Of a stretch of DNA of 40,000 nt, positions 37,005 to 40,000 are shown one piece after another; position 1 is the stretch's first letter; each line of letters begins with the position of its first letter. The position numbers and the translations under genes were made by a program. Source of the stretch: Aggregatibacter sp. HMT-949. Its GTDB lineage: Bacteria > Pseudomonadota > Gammaproteobacteria > Enterobacterales > Pasteurellaceae. The notes beneath the pieces were generated by a model, which searched no databases, was not told the origin of the DNA, and saw only the letters and a program-made list of their open reading frames with translations. The stretch is taken from the NCBI RefSeq assembly GCF_041734645.1, contig NZ_CP162010.1, positions 730,445 to 770,444 of the forward strand, read 5' to 3'.

Positions 37005-37631
37005 TTATTTGCCATTAAACCACGCCACATAATCGAATTGATCATAATATTTCACGCCATTCCACCCGGAAAAGGTAAACAAATCGCCTACTTGGTTTTG
37101 TTTTTCAAAACCTTTGATATAAAACGCGGATTTAAATTCGGGATAAGGTTTGCGAGTGAACACCACTTTATTTTTGAAGGGCAGTTGATCGAAGGCGGCT
37201 AAATCTTCATAAGCGATGCCTTGCGCATCGTCTTTGTCGGTCATCATGATAAACAGATTATCCAAATTCATTCGGGCGGAACGCGCCAGCCATTTTTGTT
37301 GGGCTTCTTGACTGTTGCGATAGTGCATAAAGTGAACTTTAAGATCGGCTAATTTTGCGACGGGATAAGGTTTCTCTGATTGGATAAAGGTGAGCGATTG
37401 TCGTTGATAAAATTCGATATTTTGCAGGTAACGAACGAAATCGTTCGGGCTTAAGTAGAGATTTACGAACGGTGAGTTAAACGGTTCATTTAAATCGTGC
37501 AGAATAAACGCGCCCACACAATTGGCGGAAATTACCGTCATGCCGTGATTTTGTAAACGAGATTTGAGTCGGCGATTGATAAATATTCTTTGTATTTTGT
37601 TGATCGCGCTTCTGATTTTTGATAACAGCAT
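37005..37631 (-). CDS. DUF1919 family protein (uncharacterised; family is often found in polysaccharide loci)
   Basis: 208 aa. VISANCVGAFILHDLNEPFNSPFVNLYLSPNDFVRYLQN matches my recollection of the DUF1919 N-terminal signature (NCxGG...L...F.SP...D). Confidence 0.55.
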   Translation of the reverse strand: MLLSKIRSAINKIQRIFINRRLKSRLQNHGMTVISANCVGAFILHDLNEPFNSPFVNLYLSPNDFVRYLQNIEFYQRQSLTFIQSEKPYPVAKLADLKVHFMHYRNSQEAQQKWLARSARMNLDNLFIMMTDKDDAQGIAYEDLAAFDQLPFKNKVVFTRKPYPEFKSAFYIKGFEKQNQVGDLFTFSGWNGVKYYDQFDYVAWFNGK

Positions 37632-37817
37632 AATTCCTCCTAGGGGGCGCTATCCTATCGCTTTTTACCCGTCTAATTCAATGATTAATTTTGTTACGAA
37701 TTGGTGAAAATTTGAGGTTTATCACAAATTTGGGCTGTAAAAATAAGTATAATCGGTGCGTTTTTTCAGTCTGATTCTTCATAATCAAGTTTTATTTCAC
37801 TAGAACGGAGTACTTAT

Positions 37818-40000
37818 ATGAGCGAACAATTACGTAAAGCCGCATTGGATTTTCACGAGTTCCCCATTCCGGGAAAAATCGAAGTTACCCCGACCAAATC
37901 ACTGGCGACGCAGCGTGATTTGGCGCTCGCTTATTCTCCCGGGGTAGCGGAACCTTGTTTAGAAATCGAAAAAGATCCGCAAGCTTCTTATAAATACACG
38001 GCGCGTGGTAATTTGGTCGCGGTGATCTCAAACGGTTCGGCCGTGTTGGGATTGGGCAATATCGGAGCGCTTGCCGGTAAGCCGGTTATGGAAGGAAAAG
38101 GCGTATTATTTAAAAAATTCGCGGGCATTAACGTATTTGATATTGAAGTGAATGAACATGACCCGGATAAATTAATCGATATTATTGCCTCTCTTGAACC
38201 AACTTTCGGCGGGATCAATTTGGAAGATATTAAAGCACCGGAGTGTTTTTATATCGAACAAAAATTGCGCGAGCGAATGAATATTCCGGTTTTTCATGAT
38301 GACCAACACGGTACGGCGATTATCAGTGCAGCCGCGATTATTAACGCATTACGTATCGTCGGCAAGGAAATTGAAAAGGTACGCTTGGTGGCGTCCGGAG
38401 CGGGGGCGGCCTCTATCGCTTGCTTGAATTTATTATTATCCCTCGGTATGAAACGTGAAAATATCACCGTTTGTGACTCAAAAGGAGTGGTATATAAAAA
38501 TCGTGATGAGCGTATGGATCAAACCAAAAAGAATTACGCGATTGATGACAATGGCTGGCGTACCTTGTCGGATGCCATTCCAAATGCGGATATTTTTCTT
38601 GGCTGTTCGGCAGCGGGTGCATTAACGCAAGATATGGTAAAAACCATGGCGGCACACCCGATTATTTTGGCACTGGCAAATCCTAACCCGGAAATAACTC
38701 CGCCTGAAGTGAAAGCGGTTCGCCCTGACGCAATTGTGTGTACCGGCCGTTCTGATTACCCAAATCAAGTTAATAATGTACTTTGTTTCCCATTTATTTT
38801 CCGCGGTGCATTGGATGTGGGGGCAACAGCTATCAACGAAGAAATGAAGCGTGCGGCAGTTTATGCTATTGCGGATCTTGCCCTAGAAGAACAAAACGAA
38901 GTGGTAACTTCGGCTTACGGTGGTGAGGGCGCTACTTTTGGCGCAGATTATATTATTCCGCGTCCGTTTGATCCGCGTCTAATCGTCCGCATTGCACCGG
39001 CTGTTGCAAAAGCGGCAATGGAATCCGGTGTAGCGGCTCGTCCAATTTCAGATTGGAACGAATATATTGAGAAATTAACCCAATTTGTTTATAAAACCAG
39101 CCTTTTTATGCGGCCGATTTTCAATCAGGCCAAACAAGCTCCGCAACGTATTATTATTGCCGAAGGGGAAGAGGCCAATGCGTTGCACGCGACGCAAGAA
39201 GTGATTTCTATGGGCTTGGCCAAACCGATTTTAATTGGTCGCCAATCTGTTATTGAAGCGAAAATTAAAAAATTGGGCTTGCGTTTACAAGCCGCTGTGG
39301 ATTTTGAGATTGTCGACAATGAAAATAACCCGCGTTACGAAGAGTGTTGGAAACATTATTACGAATTAACGAAACGTAAAGGAATCACTCAGGCGGTCGC
39401 AAAACGTGTGGCGCGTTCTAATACGACCGTATTAGCTTCGACTTTAGTAAGCCTTGGTTATGCTGACGGATTAGTTTGTGGTTTATTTGGTTCTTACGGC
39501 AAACATTTAGCCTCAATTCAAGACATTATCGGTTTAAAAGACGGTGTGAAAGTACCGGCAACCTTGCAAAGCCTTGTGTTACCAAGCGGCAACGTATTTT
39601 TAACGGATACGCACGTAAATACGGATCCGAATGCGGAGGAACTGGCAGAAATTACCTTAATGGCGGCGGAAGAGGTCCATCGTTTTGGTATTGAACCGGC
39701 AGTGGCGTTGCTTTCCCATTCTAACTATGGCTCATCGAATGAGCTTGGCGCGCCTAAAATGCGTGAAGTTTTAGACTTGGTTAAGGCACGCAATCCTCAA
39801 TTGATGATTGACGGTGAAATGCGTGGTGATTTGGCTATGAATGAAGCGCATCGTCGTGAAATTATGCCGGACAGTCCGCTCAAAGGCTCTGCCAACTTGC
39901 TAGTGTTTCCGAATTTAAGTGCGGCTCGTATTAGTTATAGCTTACTCCGCGGCACTACAACGGCAATTACTATCGGGCCGATTCTTATGGGCGTGAATAA
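37818..40000 (+). CDS. maeB: NADP-dependent malic enzyme MaeB (malic enzyme domain + phosphotransacetylase-like domain), 3' end outside the window
   Basis: Translation from ATG 37818 gives MSEQLRKAALDFHEFPIPGKIEV...LAYSPGVA...VISNGSAVLGLGNIG...VFHDDQHGTAI...GAGAA. A PTA-like domain follows from about 39100 (RIIIAEGEE...). It is absent from the ORF track because it is open at the window end. Confidence 0.93.
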   Translation, partial: MSEQLRKAALDFHEFPIPGKIEVTPTKSLATQRDLALAYSPGVAEPCLEIEKDPQASYKYTARGNLVAVISNGSAVLGLGNIGALAGKPVMEGKGVLFKKFAGINVFDIEVNEHDPDKLIDIIASLEPTFGGINLEDIKAPECFYIEQKLRERMNIPVFHDDQHGTAIISAAAIINALRIVGKEIEKVRLVASGAGAASIACLNLLLSLGMKRENITVCDSKGVVYKNRDERMDQTKKNYAIDDNGWRTLSDAIPNADIFLGCSAAGALTQDMVKTMAAHPIILALANPNPEITPPEVKAVRPDAIVCTGRSDYPNQVNNVLCFPFIFRGALDVGATAINEEMKRAAVYAIADLALEEQNEVVTSAYGGEGATFGADYIIPRPFDPRLIVRIAPAVAKAAMESGVAARPISDWNEYIEKLTQFVYKTSLFMRPIFNQAKQAPQRIIIAEGEEANALHATQEVISMGLAKPILIGRQSVIEAKIKKLGLRLQAAVDFEIVDNENNPRYEECWKHYYELTKRKGITQAVAKRVARSNTTVLASTLVSLGYADGLVCGLFGSYGKHLASIQDIIGLKDGVKVPATLQSLVLPSGNVFLTDTHVNTDPNAEELAEITLMAAEEVHRFGIEPAVALLSHSNYGSSNELGAPKMREVLDLVKARNPQLMIDGEMRGDLAMNEAHRREIMPDSPLKGSANLLVFPNLSAARISYSLLRGTTTAITIGPILMGVN

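Noticed and set aside
36851-37045. 64-aa minus-strand ORF ending in QSTALNS-type octapeptide repeats
   Set aside because: It is simply the translation of the 24-bp tandem DNA repeat, which preserves frame because the period is a multiple of 3. It overlaps the 3' end of the DUF1919 gene in another frame and has no Shine-Dalgarno. The repeat is better explained at the DNA level.
1-40000. Search for mobile elements, prophage, toxin-antitoxin or defence-island genes
   Set aside because: Every ORF over about 130 aa has a plausible metabolic, envelope or DNA-maintenance assignment. No transposase, integrase, restriction-modification, Cas or abortive-infection-like proteins were recognisable.

Overview
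Chromosomal window from a Pasteurellaceae-like gammaproteobacterium. This is inferred from Haemophilus/Pasteurella-like proteins, the hldE-htrB-parE-parC neighbourhood, and a few canonical AAGTGCGGT uptake signal sequences. I support 31 CDS (2 truncated by the window edges) and see no rRNA, tRNA, CRISPR, IS, integrase or prophage genes.

Layout:
- Minus strand: gltS (partial), parC, an AniA/NirK-type copper nitrite reductase wedged between parC and parE, parE, and htrB/lpxL.
- Then hldE (+), a nitroreductase (-), hypF (-), and a SIMPL/DUF541 gene (-).
- An 11-gene hydrogenase-4 operon, hyfABCDEFGHIJ-hycI (+).
- A low-GC-looking Wzx/Wzy-type polysaccharide locus: an ElyC-like gene, a pyruvyl transferase and wzx on the minus strand; GT25, a wzy-like gene and two GT2 genes on the plus strand.
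- Then uvrC, gshF (fused glutathione synthetase), a DUF1919 gene, and maeB (partial).

The feature the genes do not explain is a massively over-represented motif, CAATGCGGTGCT, with extended form GTTCAATGCGGTGCT-RAATTTGA.
- There are 20 exact copies of its 10-mer core at 15 loci, on both strands, in genes and between genes.
- It forms two long inverted-pair hairpins and a 5.5-copy 24-bp tandem array.
- It behaves like a DNA uptake signal sequence, yet matches neither known Pasteurellaceae USS type.
- It is absent from the hyf coding block, where most canonical Hin-type USS copies in the window sit.

Other points worth a second look are nirK translationally coupled to parE, FNR-like boxes in front of hypF and hyfA, and a pyruvyl transferase in the glycan locus. 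All calls rest on reading the sequence and remembered family motifs. No database search was run.
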